A stretch of DNA of 64,000 nucleotides from an uncultured Woeseiaceae bacterium (GCA_964491485.1 CAZBGV010000003.1:4878-68877), one strand, 5' to 3'; positions 38,805-47,696 are shown, counted from the first letter of the stretch. Notes: generated by a model not told the origin, from the letters alone. A program made the numbers and translations.

Positions 38805-39413
38805 TCAGCGCTTCCCGGCGACCGCGTCGAAATTCGCCTGCGCGAACTCCCAGTTGATGATGTGCTCGAGGAACGCGTCCGTATAGCGGTCGCGCTGGTT
38901 CTGGTAGTCCAGGTAATAGGCGTGTTCCCAGACGTCGAGCGTGAGCAGCGGCGTGCGCGCCGTGGTCAGCGGATTGTGGGCATTGGGCGTCGCCACGATC
39001 TCCAGCCGGGAGCCGTCCGTCACCAGCCACACCCAGCCGCTGCCGAACTGGCCCATCGCGGCTTCCTTGAAACGCTTGCGGAACCCGTCGAGGCTCTCGA
39101 AATCGCGGTCCACCAGCTCCGAGAGCGAGCCGCGCGGCTGGCCCTGGCTGTCCGGGGACATGCTGTTCCACAGGAACGTGTGGTTCCATGTCTGGGCGGC
39201 ATTGTTGAATACGCCTGTGTCCTCCTTCTCGAAGGACTGCCGGATCACTTCCTCGAGGCCCATCTTCTCGTAGGGCTTCCCCGCCGCGAGCGTGTTCAGC
39301 TTGTCGCAGTACGCCTTGTGATGCTTGCCGAAGTGAAAATTCAGCGTTTGCTCGGAGACGTGCGGCTCCAGGGCTTTGCGCGAATAGGGGAGATCCGGGA
39401 TCTGGAATGTCAT
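38805..39413 (-). CDS. sodB: Fe superoxide dismutase
   Basis: 202 aa. FHFGKHH, AAQTWNHTFLW and DVWEHAYYLDYQN motifs. Confidence 0.95.
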   Translation of the reverse strand: MTFQIPDLPYSRKALEPHVSEQTLNFHFGKHHKAYCDKLNTLAAGKPYEKMGLEEVIRQSFEKEDTGVFNNAAQTWNHTFLWNSMSPDSQGQPRGSLSELVDRDFESLDGFRKRFKEAAMGQFGSGWVWLVTDGSRLEIVATPNAHNPLTTARTPLLTLDVWEHAYYLDYQNQRDRYTDAFLEHIINWEFAQANFDAVAGKR

Positions 39414-39634
39414 CTAACGCCTCCTTTCAGGATACGTCCTTCAATGCTGCGAGAAGAAGGTCCGCGCGGCTGCGGGGACTGGCGACGAGCTTCGTCGCAC
39501 GACGCCCATGATACCGCCAAAAGCGAGCGATGGCGTAATCGGGAGCGGCAACCGCTCGCGAACGGTTCCGGAAAGGGGAAGGCGGAGCCGGAAAACGATT
39601 CCGGAGGGTTCCGGGAAGCGGCAATGCCGCGCCG

Positions 39635-39674
39635 CAAATAAATGGCCGGCCGCCGACGGATGTCAGCGGCCGGC
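39635..39674 (-). terminator. Rho-independent terminator of the DUF1328-lipoprotein operon
   Basis: gccggccgc-12 nt-gcggccggc. On the minus strand it is followed by CAUUUAUUUG. Confidence 0.6.
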
Positions 39675-39769
39675 GACCCAAGCGCGTGTCAACTCGACGC
39701 CAGCATGCAGTTTATGACGACGCGCTTGTGCTCCAACACGATGCGGTGAATGAAAACCGGTGAGGTACG

Positions 39770-39976
39770 TCAGGCGTTCACGACGACGGAGGCCTGGCCG
39801 TCCTCCTCCTCGAGCAGGGCCTGTGCCGCCCCGTTGTCGTCCGTGGCGTCATCGATCTCGTCGCCTGCTTCGTCCAGGGACTCTCCCGCTTCTTCAGCGG
39901 GCCCTTCGTCGACGTCGCAGCTCGCGACGCCGATGGCGGCGAGCAAGGCGACGAGCGTGAGCTCAGGAAAGCGCAT
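39770..39976 (-). CDS. small acidic lipoprotein (68 aa)
   Basis: MRFPELTLVALLAAIGVASC lipobox followed by a strongly acidic mature part. GGGAGGG lies before the ATG, which is 14 nt after the DUF1328 stop. Confidence 0.5.
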   Translation of the reverse strand: MRFPELTLVALLAAIGVASCDVDEGPAEEAGESLDEAGDEIDDATDDNGAAQALLEEEDGQASVVVNA

Positions 39977-39990
39977 GCCGAGCCCTCCCG

Positions 39991-40158
39991 TTAAATCGGT
40001 GGCCGCCGGCGGCCGCCGATGAACATGACGACCGCCAGGATCAGACCGACGACGAACAGGATCCATGCAATGTTCGCCGCGGTTCCTGCCACCCCGCTGA
40101 ACCCGAGCACGCCCGCGATCAGCGCGATGATCAGAAAAGTCACTGCCCAACCTATCAT
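39991..40158 (-). CDS. DUF1328 (UPF0391, YtjA-like) small membrane protein, 55 aa
   Basis: Absent from the ORF track because it is under 60 aa. My manual translation is [55 protein letters not shown], which closely resembles E. coli YtjA as I remember it. GGGAGA lies before the ATG. Confidence 0.8.
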   Translation of the reverse strand: MIGWAVTFLIIALIAGVLGFSGVAGTAANIAWILFVVGLILAVVMFIGGRRRPPI

Positions 40159-40218
40159 TTCGGTTCTCCCTGAAGCCTCGGAGGGGCATCGCCGCTCTCA
40201 GCCATGCGTGTCCTATCA

Positions 40219-40234
40219 TGCAAACGGTGTGCCA
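40219..40234 (-). promoter_or_regulatory. sigma54 -24/-12 promoter candidate upstream of the DUF1328 operon
   Basis: The minus strand reads TGGCAC-ACCGT-TTGCA, about 60 nt before ATG 40158. Confidence 0.7.
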
Positions 40235-40300
40235 GCCCCCCTCGCGAGCGATTTGCCTGCCGGGCGATCCCGCGCGGGCGCATGAAGCCACTGTTTGCCA

Positions 40301-40330
40301 GCACTATTTACATGGCGATGTAAATAGTGC
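40301..40330. repeat. perfect 13-bp AT-rich inverted repeat between divergent sigma54 promoters (candidate activator/IHF site)
   Basis: gcactatttacat-ggcg-atgtaaatagtgc. Confidence 0.6.
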
Positions 40331-40380
40331 AGCGGCCGAGGGCGTTTTCTGGAACGGCCCGCAGGATCTCACCGGGCCCG

Positions 40381-40396
40381 TGGCATCCTTCTTGCA
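40381..40396 (+). promoter_or_regulatory. sigma54 -24/-12 promoter candidate upstream of the CheY-like gene
   Basis: TGGCAT-CCTTC-TTGCA, about 30 nt before ATG 40426. Confidence 0.6.
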
Positions 40397-40425
40397 TCCC
40401 CCTCTCCCAGGCTGAAAAGGCTGTT

Positions 40426-40869
40426 ATGGCTGTGGCAACTGCGGGCAGACATGTGGCGGATCGGGTACGAGGCGGCGACGCGGCGCCCCGCGAGCGGCGG
40501 CCGCGCATCCTCATCGTGGAAGACGAGGCAGCGGCACGTATCGCGACCCTGCGCTATCTCGAATATCGCGGGTACACCGTCGAGGCCGCCGGCAGCGCCG
40601 AGGAAGCGCTCCGGATGGCGCGCGAGCGGCGCCCGGACGTCCTGATCTGCGACTGGAAGCTCGGAGGAGGCCGGGACGGCGTCGACGTCGCGCGGCAGCT
40701 CCAGAGCGAGCAGGACATCGACATCATCTTCATGACAGCCTACGCCCAGAACGAGCTGCGCCGCAGCGCGTCCGGCGTGCGCACCGTGAGCTGCCTGCGC
40801 AAGCCGATCTCGCTCGGCGTGCTGGCGGCCGCCGTCGATTCACTGGCCGGCCGGCACCGATTCCACTGA
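40426..40869 (+). CDS. single-domain response regulator (CheY-like receiver)
   Basis: RILIVEDE..VLICDWKLGG..LRKP. The start was set at MAVATAG. Confidence 0.85.
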   Translation: MAVATAGRHVADRVRGGDAAPRERRPRILIVEDEAAARIATLRYLEYRGYTVEAAGSAEEALRMARERRPDVLICDWKLGGGRDGVDVARQLQSEQDIDIIFMTAYAQNELRRSASGVRTVSCLRKPISLGVLAAAVDSLAGRHRFH

Positions 40870-40884
40870 GCGGATGAAGGATTC

Positions 40885-40909
40885 GGCGGCGCCCGGAACT
40901 GGCGCCGCC
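40885..40909 (+). terminator. GC hairpin after the CheY-like gene
   Basis: ggcggcgcc-cggaact-ggcgccgcc. Confidence 0.4.
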
Positions 40910-41072
40910 CGCGCGATTTCGCAGCCTGCCCGTTTCGCGGAGTGCCCGTAGCGGCTTCACGCTGCGGCCATCGAGCAGCTTGCCCGTTACCCTCGACGAG
41001 GCTCCTTTCCGGACGCGCTCGACGTCCTTCGTCGGGCGGCGGCCGCCGGGTTTCCCGGAGAAAGGGCTCCAG

Positions 41073-41106
41073 AAAAAAAGAGGCGGTTCCCGGGGGAACC
41101 GCCTCT
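41073..41106 (-). terminator. Rho-independent terminator of the entericidin-like gene
   Basis: agaggcggttcc-cggg-ggaaccgcctct. On the minus strand it is followed by UUUUUUU. Confidence 0.7.
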
Positions 41107-41214
41107 GGTCGATAAAAAAGGGCCACTTTTGCAGAAGGTCGGGTTGACTGCGGTGCTTTGGGGGGAGCTGGGGACAGTCACGGGCCCGACAGATAGACAA
41201 AAGCGGCCCGGAAA

Positions 41215-41382
41215 CTACATTCGATTGTCGTCGTCGTCCTGGATCGCGTCCTCCGTATCCTGGGCGGCATCCTGCGCCGCCTCGCCGGTCGCCTCTACGT
41301 CCTCACCCGCGCCGCGCATCGTGTTGCACGCGCCGAGAGCGAACATCATCAGCACCCAGGCCAACATGAAAACTTGCTTCAA
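41215..41382 (-). CDS. entericidin (EcnA/B)-like lipoprotein, 55 aa
   Basis: Absent from the ORF track. A TTG start lies 5 nt after AAGGAGG. My manual translation is MKQVFMLAWVLMMFALGACNTMRGAGEDVEATGEAAQDAAQDTEDAIQDDDDNRM*. The lipobox plus CNTMRGAGED matches the entericidin signature. Confidence 0.65.
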   Translation of the reverse strand: MKQVFMLAWVLMMFALGACNTMRGAGEDVEATGEAAQDAAQDTEDAIQDDDDNRM

Positions 41383-41437
41383 GGGAACCTCCTTGCCCGG
41401 CCATCCGTGCCGGCGATCATTCCGTTGGGCGTACTAA

Positions 41438-41453
41438 AGCAAGTCCCGTGCCA
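41438..41453 (-). promoter_or_regulatory. sigma54 -24/-12 promoter candidate upstream of the entericidin-like gene
   Basis: The minus strand reads TGGCAC-GGGAC-TTGCT, about 55 nt before the start codon. Confidence 0.7.
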
Positions 41454-41594
41454 AGGTATCGGAGATGCGCTCCGACGCGACTCCGGGAGCCGGCCGGCGC
41501 GCGCGGCGGTCCCGCCGGCGGTAAGAGTTACAAGCGCGGTGCAAAAATGAGCGCGGGCGTACGCCACGGCCGGCGGCGGGCCGGCGGGGCCCCG

Positions 41595-41610
41595 TGGCAC
41601 GCTTTGTGCA
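41595..41610 (+). promoter_or_regulatory. sigma54 -24/-12 candidate upstream of the DUF4398-OmpA operon
   Basis: TGGCAC-GCTTT-GTGCA, about 37 nt before ATG 41647. Confidence 0.55.
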
Positions 41611-41646
41611 GAACGCTGCGCAAACCCGGACCGGAGACCCCAACCC

Positions 41647-42033
41647 ATGATTTGCGCCCCGAAAACGCTGACACTCGCGGCCGTCGCCTGCCTTGCCGCG
41701 GCCTGCGGGAGCACGCCCGAGCGCCCCGTGGAAGACCTGGCCCGTGCCGAAGCCGGCATCCGCCAGGCGGAACAGGGCGGCGCCGAGCGCTACGGCGCGA
41801 TGGAGCTCCAGGGCGCGCGCGACAAGCTCGAGCGCGCGCGGACGGCGGCCGACGACGGGGAGATGGCAGAGGCCGAGCGCCTCGCTGAAGAGGCGGCGCT
41901 GGACGCCGATCTCGCGGCGGCCAAAACGCGCAGCCGCAAGGCCCAGGTCGCGGTTCGGCAGGTCGAGGACAGCATCGCGATGCTGCGCGAGGAGATCCAG
42001 CGCGGCCGCACGCAGCCAGGAGAAATGCCATGA
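41647..42033 (+). CDS. DUF4398-like lipoprotein
   Basis: Lipobox LAAAC and a helical body (ELQGARDKLERARTAADDGEMAEAERLAEEA). ATGA overlap with the next gene. Confidence 0.7.
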   Translation: MICAPKTLTLAAVACLAAACGSTPERPVEDLARAEAGIRQAEQGGAERYGAMELQGARDKLERARTAADDGEMAEAERLAEEAALDADLAAAKTRSRKAQVAVRQVEDSIAMLREEIQRGRTQPGEMP

Positions 42034-42953
42034 AAGCGGCGATTGCGGCGGTCTCCGGCTGCCTGGCGCTGCTCGCGGCGGGCTGCGCGACGACCCCCGA
42101 GAGGGTGCCGGAGCTCGACCAGGCGCGCGCGACGGTGCGCCAGCTCGAGGCAGAGGACGCGGCGGGCACGGTAGCGGCGGAGTCGCTGTCGAGCGCGCGC
42201 CAGGCCTTGGCCCGCGCCCAGACGGCGCAGGACGAGGGCGAGCCGCTGCCCGTCATCCGGCACCAGGCGTATCTCGCGCGGCGGCATGCGGAGATCGGCC
42301 TCGAGACGGTGGGCGAGGCCAAAGCCATGGAAGAGGTCCGGACGGCGGAAGCGCGGCGCCGGGAGCTGCAGCTCGAGGCGCGTACCATGGAGGCGCGCCG
42401 CGCCGAGATGCGGGCACAACGGCAGGCCCGGCAGGCGCGCCAGGAACGCTCGGCGGCAGCGGCCTCGCGCCAGGAAGCGCTGGCGGCGCAACAGGAGACG
42501 GAACGCCTGCAGCAGGAGCTCTCCGATCTCCAGGCAGAGCAGACCGCGCGCGGCATCGTGCTGACGCTCGGCAACAACGTCCTGTTCGAAACCGACAGCG
42601 ACGAGCTCAAGCCCGGCGCGGAACGCTCCATGGACCAGCTGGCCGCCTTCCTCGAGGAACATCCCGAACGGCGGCTCATGATCGAGGGCCATACCGACTC
42701 GCGGGGCACCGAAGCGCACAACCGCGACCTGTCCGAGCGCCGCGCCGAGGCCGTCGCGGAGGCATTGGAGGAGCGGGGCATCCCCGACGGGCGGCTGCAG
42801 CCGGTCGGGCTGGGCGAGGGGTACCCGGTGGCGAGCAACGCGAGCAGTGCCGGGCGCCAGCAGAACCGGCGGGTCGAGGTCGTGATCTCGGACAAGGAAG
42901 GCCGGTTTCCCGAGAACGCGCGGCGCACGGTCGCGCGGCAGAGCAGCGGCTGA
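42030..42953 (+). CDS. OmpA-family lipoprotein with DUF4398-like N-terminal and coiled-coil region
   Basis: Lipobox LAAGC. The C-terminus reads VLFETDSDELKP..IEGHTDSRGTEAHNRDLSERRA..NRRVEV (OmpA_C). Confidence 0.9.
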   Translation: MKAAIAAVSGCLALLAAGCATTPERVPELDQARATVRQLEAEDAAGTVAAESLSSARQALARAQTAQDEGEPLPVIRHQAYLARRHAEIGLETVGEAKAMEEVRTAEARRRELQLEARTMEARRAEMRAQRQARQARQERSAAAASRQEALAAQQETERLQQELSDLQAEQTARGIVLTLGNNVLFETDSDELKPGAERSMDQLAAFLEEHPERRLMIEGHTDSRGTEAHNRDLSERRAEAVAEALEERGIPDGRLQPVGLGEGYPVASNASSAGRQQNRRVEVVISDKEGRFPENARRTVARQSSG

Positions 42954-43024
42954 GCCCCGCCGGGACGGGGGGGTGCCGGGCGGGCGCCTGCGTCAGGGCA
43001 GGTCGCGCCTTTGCGATTCGCGGG

Positions 43025-43450
43025 TCAGGTCCTGCGGTCGCGGAAGGGCAGCGGCGCAACCTGCCCCGAGAGCACGACGTCTTCGAGTTTCGCCCGCAAA
43101 TCGAGGCTCAGGCGCCCGGCCGTGAGCCTGCCGGCGAGCTCCGCGGTCGGCAGCACGACGACCGTGCCGGTGCCGTGCACGTCGCCTTCCATGTGGCCCG
43201 CGATCACCGCCGAGCCGGTACGGACGTCGGCTCGCACCCGGGCATGCTCCCCGATCGACAGCCGGCAATGATGTTCCTCGTCCTGGGTGATGCGGCCGTC
43301 GAAGCAACCTTCGATGATCAGATCCTCCGCGAGGGTCAACTCGCCGCGCATGACGAGCGTCGCACCGAGCACGGAGGCGCCCCCGTCGGTGATGCGCCTC
43401 CGCTGTTCCGGTGCCGGCTGAAAGCGCTCTCGCGGCGGCCTACGCGCCAA
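43025..43450 (-). CDS. bactofilin family protein
   Basis: 141 aa with beta-helical repeats (LIIEGCFDGRI..VIAGHMEGDVHGTGTVVV). Confidence 0.8.
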   Translation of the reverse strand: MARRPPRERFQPAPEQRRRITDGGASVLGATLVMRGELTLAEDLIIEGCFDGRITQDEEHHCRLSIGEHARVRADVRTGSAVIAGHMEGDVHGTGTVVVLPTAELAGRLTAGRLSLDLRAKLEDVVLSGQVAPLPFRDRRT

Positions 43451-43910
43451 GCTTGTGGGCGCGGGCGGGGTCCTCCGCGACCGCGAGCCTCGCGGGATTG
43501 CCGGTGCCCTGGCTGCCCATGTTGACGCTGCCGTTGAAGCGGGCGCCGTCGGCCATCTTGATGCGCGGCGAGTAGATGTTGCCGGTCACCACGGCACTTT
43601 TTGCCAGCTCCACGAAATCGTCGCCGTGGATGTCGCCTTCCACCTGCCCCTCGATCGTGACCGAAGCGGCGTTGATGTCCGCTTTCACCCGGCCTTCCTT
43701 GCCGACCGTGAGATTTTTCTTGTGGTGGGCAATGCTGCCTTCGATCGTGCCCTGGATCACGAGATCCTCGTCCGCCGAGAGCTCGCCCTTGAACACGAGC
43801 GTCGGGCCGATCACGGACACGCTGCGCGTCCGCACGGCCGAGGAGGGTTCCGGTGCCGCCGGGCTGGCCGCGGCCGGACCGGTTTCCTGGTCGCTGGATT
43901 TCCTGAACAT
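43440..43910 (-). CDS. bactofilin family protein
   Basis: 156 aa (LVIQGTIEGSI..VTIEGQVEGDIHGDDFV). It overlaps the downstream paralogue by 11 nt. Confidence 0.85.
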   Translation of the reverse strand: MFRKSSDQETGPAAASPAAPEPSSAVRTRSVSVIGPTLVFKGELSADEDLVIQGTIEGSIAHHKKNLTVGKEGRVKADINAASVTIEGQVEGDIHGDDFVELAKSAVVTGNIYSPRIKMADGARFNGSVNMGSQGTGNPARLAVAEDPARAHKLGA

Positions 43911-44020
43911 GCTTCCTCTCCTGGGTGGTCAGCGGCGCACCGCGTCCCCATGTACGCAGTGGCGATACGAAGTACGAGGTTACTAAAGTGTATCGGACGA
44001 GGCACGCGGTGCCGCTGATT

Positions 44021-45394
44021 ATGAGAAGTGCGTCAGACTCCCTGGCCGCGCGCGGATGGCGGCGCTTGCGCCAACGCCTCCAGGGCGCGTTTGCTCCCGT
44101 CGCCGGACGGCGACAGGTGCCTGCCGGGCGAGCGGCGGAGGGCGTCGCCGCGCCGCGCCCGCGGGTCGTGATCGTGGGCGGCGGCTTCGGCGGCCTCGAG
44201 GCGGCCAAGGCCCTCGCGTCCGCGCCCGTCGACGTTCTGCTGGTCGATCGCCGCAATCACCACCTGTTCCAGCCGCTCCTCTACCAGGTGGCGACCGCGG
44301 CGCTGTCACCGGCCGACGTCGCGTGGCCCATTCGCCGCATCCTGAGAAGGCAGCGCAACGCGCGCGTGCTGATGGCCGAGGTCACCGGGATCGACGCGGC
44401 GCGCCGCGAGGTGCTGCTCGGCGCCCGCCGCGAGCCTTACGATTTCCTGATCGTGGCGAGCGGCGCCACGCATTCCTGGTTCGGGCACGACGAATGGGCT
44501 CCGTTCGCCCCGGCGCTCAAGACCCTGGCCGACGCCACCGCCATCCGGCGACGCATCCTCGCCGCGTTCGAGCGTGCCGAAGCCAGCGACGATGCGGCCG
44601 AGCGCGCGCGCCTCTCCACGTTCGTCATCGTCGGCGGGGGTCCGACCGGCGTGGAGATGGCGGGTGCCGTCGCGGAGCTCGCGCGGCAGTCCCTGGCCGG
44701 CGATTTCCGCAACATCGATACCCGGCAATCGCGCGTCCTGCTGGTCGAGGCCGGTCCGCGCCTGCTCGCGAGCTTCCCGGAGGCGCTGTCCGGGTACGCC
44801 CGGCAGGCGCTGGAAAAGCTCGGGGTCGAGGTGCGGCTGCGCTCTCCCGTCACGCGCTGCGACGAACGCGGTGTCGCGCTTGGCGAGGAGCGCATCGACG
44901 CCGCGACCGTGGTGTGGGCCGCGGGCGTCCGCGCGTCTCCCGCCGGCAACTGGCTGAATGCCCCCACCGACCGCGCCGGGCGCATCGTCGTCGCCGGCGA
45001 TTTCTCCGTGCCCGGCCTCCCCGGGGTGTTCGCGATCGGCGATACCGTGCTGGCGCACGATGCCGCCGGCAGGCCGCTGCCCGGGGTTGCGCCGGTCGCC
45101 AAGCAGCAAGGTGCTTATGTCGCCCGCCTCGTCGCGCGGCGGGTGCGTGGGGCCGCCGATCCCGCGCCGTTCCGCTACCGCGACGCGGGCCAGCTCGCGA
45201 CCATCGGGCGGCGCGCCGCCGTCGTCGACTTCGGGTGGCTGCGCCTCACCGGCTGGCTCGCCTGGTGGTTCTGGGGGCTCGTGCACATCTACTTTCTCAT
45301 CGGCGTGCGCAGCCGCATGAGCGTGGCGCTCGAGTGGCTCTGGTCGTACCTGACGAACGACCGGGGCGCACGCCTCATCACCCGCGACGCTTAG
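44021..45394 (+). CDS. ndh: type II NADH:quinone oxidoreductase (NDH-2)
   Basis: VVIVGGGFGGLEAA and VIVGGGPTGVEMAG dinucleotide folds, and GDTV. The start was set at MRSASD. Confidence 0.9.
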   Translation: MRSASDSLAARGWRRLRQRLQGAFAPVAGRRQVPAGRAAEGVAAPRPRVVIVGGGFGGLEAAKALASAPVDVLLVDRRNHHLFQPLLYQVATAALSPADVAWPIRRILRRQRNARVLMAEVTGIDAARREVLLGARREPYDFLIVASGATHSWFGHDEWAPFAPALKTLADATAIRRRILAAFERAEASDDAAERARLSTFVIVGGGPTGVEMAGAVAELARQSLAGDFRNIDTRQSRVLLVEAGPRLLASFPEALSGYARQALEKLGVEVRLRSPVTRCDERGVALGEERIDAATVVWAAGVRASPAGNWLNAPTDRAGRIVVAGDFSVPGLPGVFAIGDTVLAHDAAGRPLPGVAPVAKQQGAYVARLVARRVRGAADPAPFRYRDAGQLATIGRRAAVVDFGWLRLTGWLAWWFWGLVHIYFLIGVRSRMSVALEWLWSYLTNDRGARLITRDA

Positions 45395-47696
45395 GGGATC
45401 CCCACTCCCGGCGCTCCGTCCGGTCAACCGTCCCCCGGTGCACGTCGGCGATGGCGAGCGCGCTCATGTTGAAGATAGCGCGCGAGGTCGCCGACGGCGT
45501 GACGATGTGAGCCGGCATCGCGGTGCCGGAAAGGATCGGGCCGATCATGAGTGCGCCGCTGATCGCGCGCGTGAGCTCCATCGCGATGTTCGCCGCGTCG
45601 AGATCGGGCATCACGAGCAGGTTGGCCGCGCCCTTCAGGGTCGAGTACGGGTTCAGGGTGTCGCGGATCGTCTCGTCCAGCGCCGCGGTCGCGTGCATCT
45701 CGCCGTCGACCGCGAGCTCCGGCGCCCGCTCGTGCAGCATGCGCACGGCATCGCGCATCTTGCGCGCGCTCTCCGCGCGCGAGCTGCCGAAGTTCGAGTG
45801 CGACAGGAGCGCGACTTTCGGCCGGATGCCGAAATCCGCGATGCGCCCCGCCGCCGCAAGCGTCGTGTTCACGATTTCTTCGGCCGACGGCTCCACCGCG
45901 ACGTGCGCGTCCGCGATGAACAGCGGTCCCTGCGGCAGCATCAGCACGGTCATCGAGGACACGCGGCCGTCCGGGTCCTTGGGGCCGATGATTTCGATGA
46001 TGTGCTGGAGATGGTGATCGAAACGCCCGACCATGCCGCAAATCATCGCGTCCGCGTCGTTGCGCGCCACCATGCACGCCGCGATCACCGTGTTGTTCGT
46101 GCGCATCGCGTCTTTCGCCGCGTTCACGGACACGCCGCGGCGGGCGACCAGGCGGTGATAGAACTGCCAGTACTCGCGGTAGCGCGGATCGTCCTGCGGG
46201 TCCACCAGCTCGAAATCCCGGTCGCGCACGAGGCGCAGCCCGAGTCGGGCGAGCTTCGTCTCGACCACCGCCGCGCGGCCGATCACGATGGGGCGGAGCA
46301 GGCCCTCGTCCACCACCGTCTGCACGGTCCGGAGCACGACCTCGTTCTCGCCCTCCGCGTAGGCGAGGCGGCCGACGCCGTGCTTGGCCACCTCGATGAT
46401 CGGCTGCATGAAGAGGGAAGTGCGATAGCTGAACGCCGCGAGCTGCCGCCGGTAGGCTTCCATGTCCTCGATCGGCCGCTCGGCCACCCCGGAGCGCATC
46501 GCGGCGGCCGCCACGGCGCTCGACACCTCGACCATGAGACGGGGATCGAAGGGCTTCGGAATCAGGTAGTCGCGGCCGAAAGAAAGCGACTCCCCGTGGT
46601 AGGCCGTCTCGACCTCGTCCGTCGATTCGCGCAGCGCGAGATCGGCGATCGCGTCCACGCACGCGAGCTGCATTTCGCGGTTGATGGTCGTCGCCCCCAC
46701 GTCCAGCGCGCCGCGGAACAGGAACGGGAAACAGAGGACGTTGTTCACCTGGTTCGGGAAATCGGAGCGCCCGGTGGCGAGAATCGCATCCGGCCGGACC
46801 GCGAGCGCCTCTTCCGGCCGGATCTCCGGCGTCGGGTTCGCCAGCGCGAGGATCAGCGGCCGCTCCGCCATCGTCGCGACCATCGACGGCGTCAGCACGC
46901 CGCCCGCCGAGAGCCCGAGGAACACGTCCGCGCCCTCGATCGCCTCGCCCAGGGTCCGCAGCGCGGTCTCCCGGGCGTAGCGCGCCTTGTACGGGTTCAT
47001 GCCCTCGCGCCGGCCGGCGTGCACCACGCCGTGCAGGTCGACGAGCGTGATCTGCTCGAGCGGCAGGCCCTGGCTCACGAGCAGGTCGAGGCACGCGAGC
47101 CCGGCGGCGCCGCCGCCGGTCGACACGAGCTTGACGTCGGCCAGGTTCTTGCCGGCGAGCTTGAGGCCGTTCCTGATCGCGGCGCTGGCCACGATCGCGG
47201 TGCCGTGCTGGTCGTCGTGGAAGACGGGGATGCGCATGCGGCGGCGCAGCGCTTCCTCGATCTCGAAGCATTCGGGCGCGCCGATGTCTTCGAGGTTGAT
47301 CGCGCCGAACGTCGGCTCGAGGCTCGCGATGATGTCGACGAGGCGCGCCGGATCGCGTTCGGCGATCTCGAGATCGAACACGTCGATCCCCGCGAATTTG
47401 CGAAACAGCACCGCCTTGCCTTCCATGACCGGCTTCGCCGCCAGCGGACCGATCGCCCCGAGCCCGAGCACCGCCGTGCCGTTCGAGATCACCGCGACCA
47501 GGTTGCCGCGGGCGGTGTAATTCGCGGCCGTGCGCGGATCGTCCTTGATGCGCAGGCACGGCCACGCGACGCCGGGCGAATAGGCCAGCGCCAGGTCGCG
47601 CTGGTTCGCGAGCGGCTTGGTCGGGGCGACACTGATCTTCCCCGGCGTCGGCTCGCCGTGATAACGCAGGGCGTCCGACTCGGGAACGTCAGCCAT
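45378..47696 (-). CDS. maeB: NADP-dependent malic enzyme (malic enzyme + phosphotransacetylase-like domain)
   Basis: 772 aa with an N-terminal LALAYSPGVA..VISNGTAVLGLG region and a C-terminal PTA-like domain. Confidence 0.95.
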   Translation of the reverse strand: MADVPESDALRYHGEPTPGKISVAPTKPLANQRDLALAYSPGVAWPCLRIKDDPRTAANYTARGNLVAVISNGTAVLGLGAIGPLAAKPVMEGKAVLFRKFAGIDVFDLEIAERDPARLVDIIASLEPTFGAINLEDIGAPECFEIEEALRRRMRIPVFHDDQHGTAIVASAAIRNGLKLAGKNLADVKLVSTGGGAAGLACLDLLVSQGLPLEQITLVDLHGVVHAGRREGMNPYKARYARETALRTLGEAIEGADVFLGLSAGGVLTPSMVATMAERPLILALANPTPEIRPEEALAVRPDAILATGRSDFPNQVNNVLCFPFLFRGALDVGATTINREMQLACVDAIADLALRESTDEVETAYHGESLSFGRDYLIPKPFDPRLMVEVSSAVAAAAMRSGVAERPIEDMEAYRRQLAAFSYRTSLFMQPIIEVAKHGVGRLAYAEGENEVVLRTVQTVVDEGLLRPIVIGRAAVVETKLARLGLRLVRDRDFELVDPQDDPRYREYWQFYHRLVARRGVSVNAAKDAMRTNNTVIAACMVARNDADAMICGMVGRFDHHLQHIIEIIGPKDPDGRVSSMTVLMLPQGPLFIADAHVAVEPSAEEIVNTTLAAAGRIADFGIRPKVALLSHSNFGSSRAESARKMRDAVRMLHERAPELAVDGEMHATAALDETIRDTLNPYSTLKGAANLLVMPDLDAANIAMELTRAISGALMIGPILSGTAMPAHIVTPSATSRAIFNMSALAIADVHRGTVDRTERREWGSPKRRG

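Noticed and set aside
39414-39634. Repeated TTCCGG/GGAA strings (cggttccggaaagggg, gattccggagggttccgggaag) upstream of sodB. A possible sRNA or regulator sites.
   Set aside because: There is no clear promoter-plus-terminator pair or conserved structure that I can name. I noted it only as unexplained.
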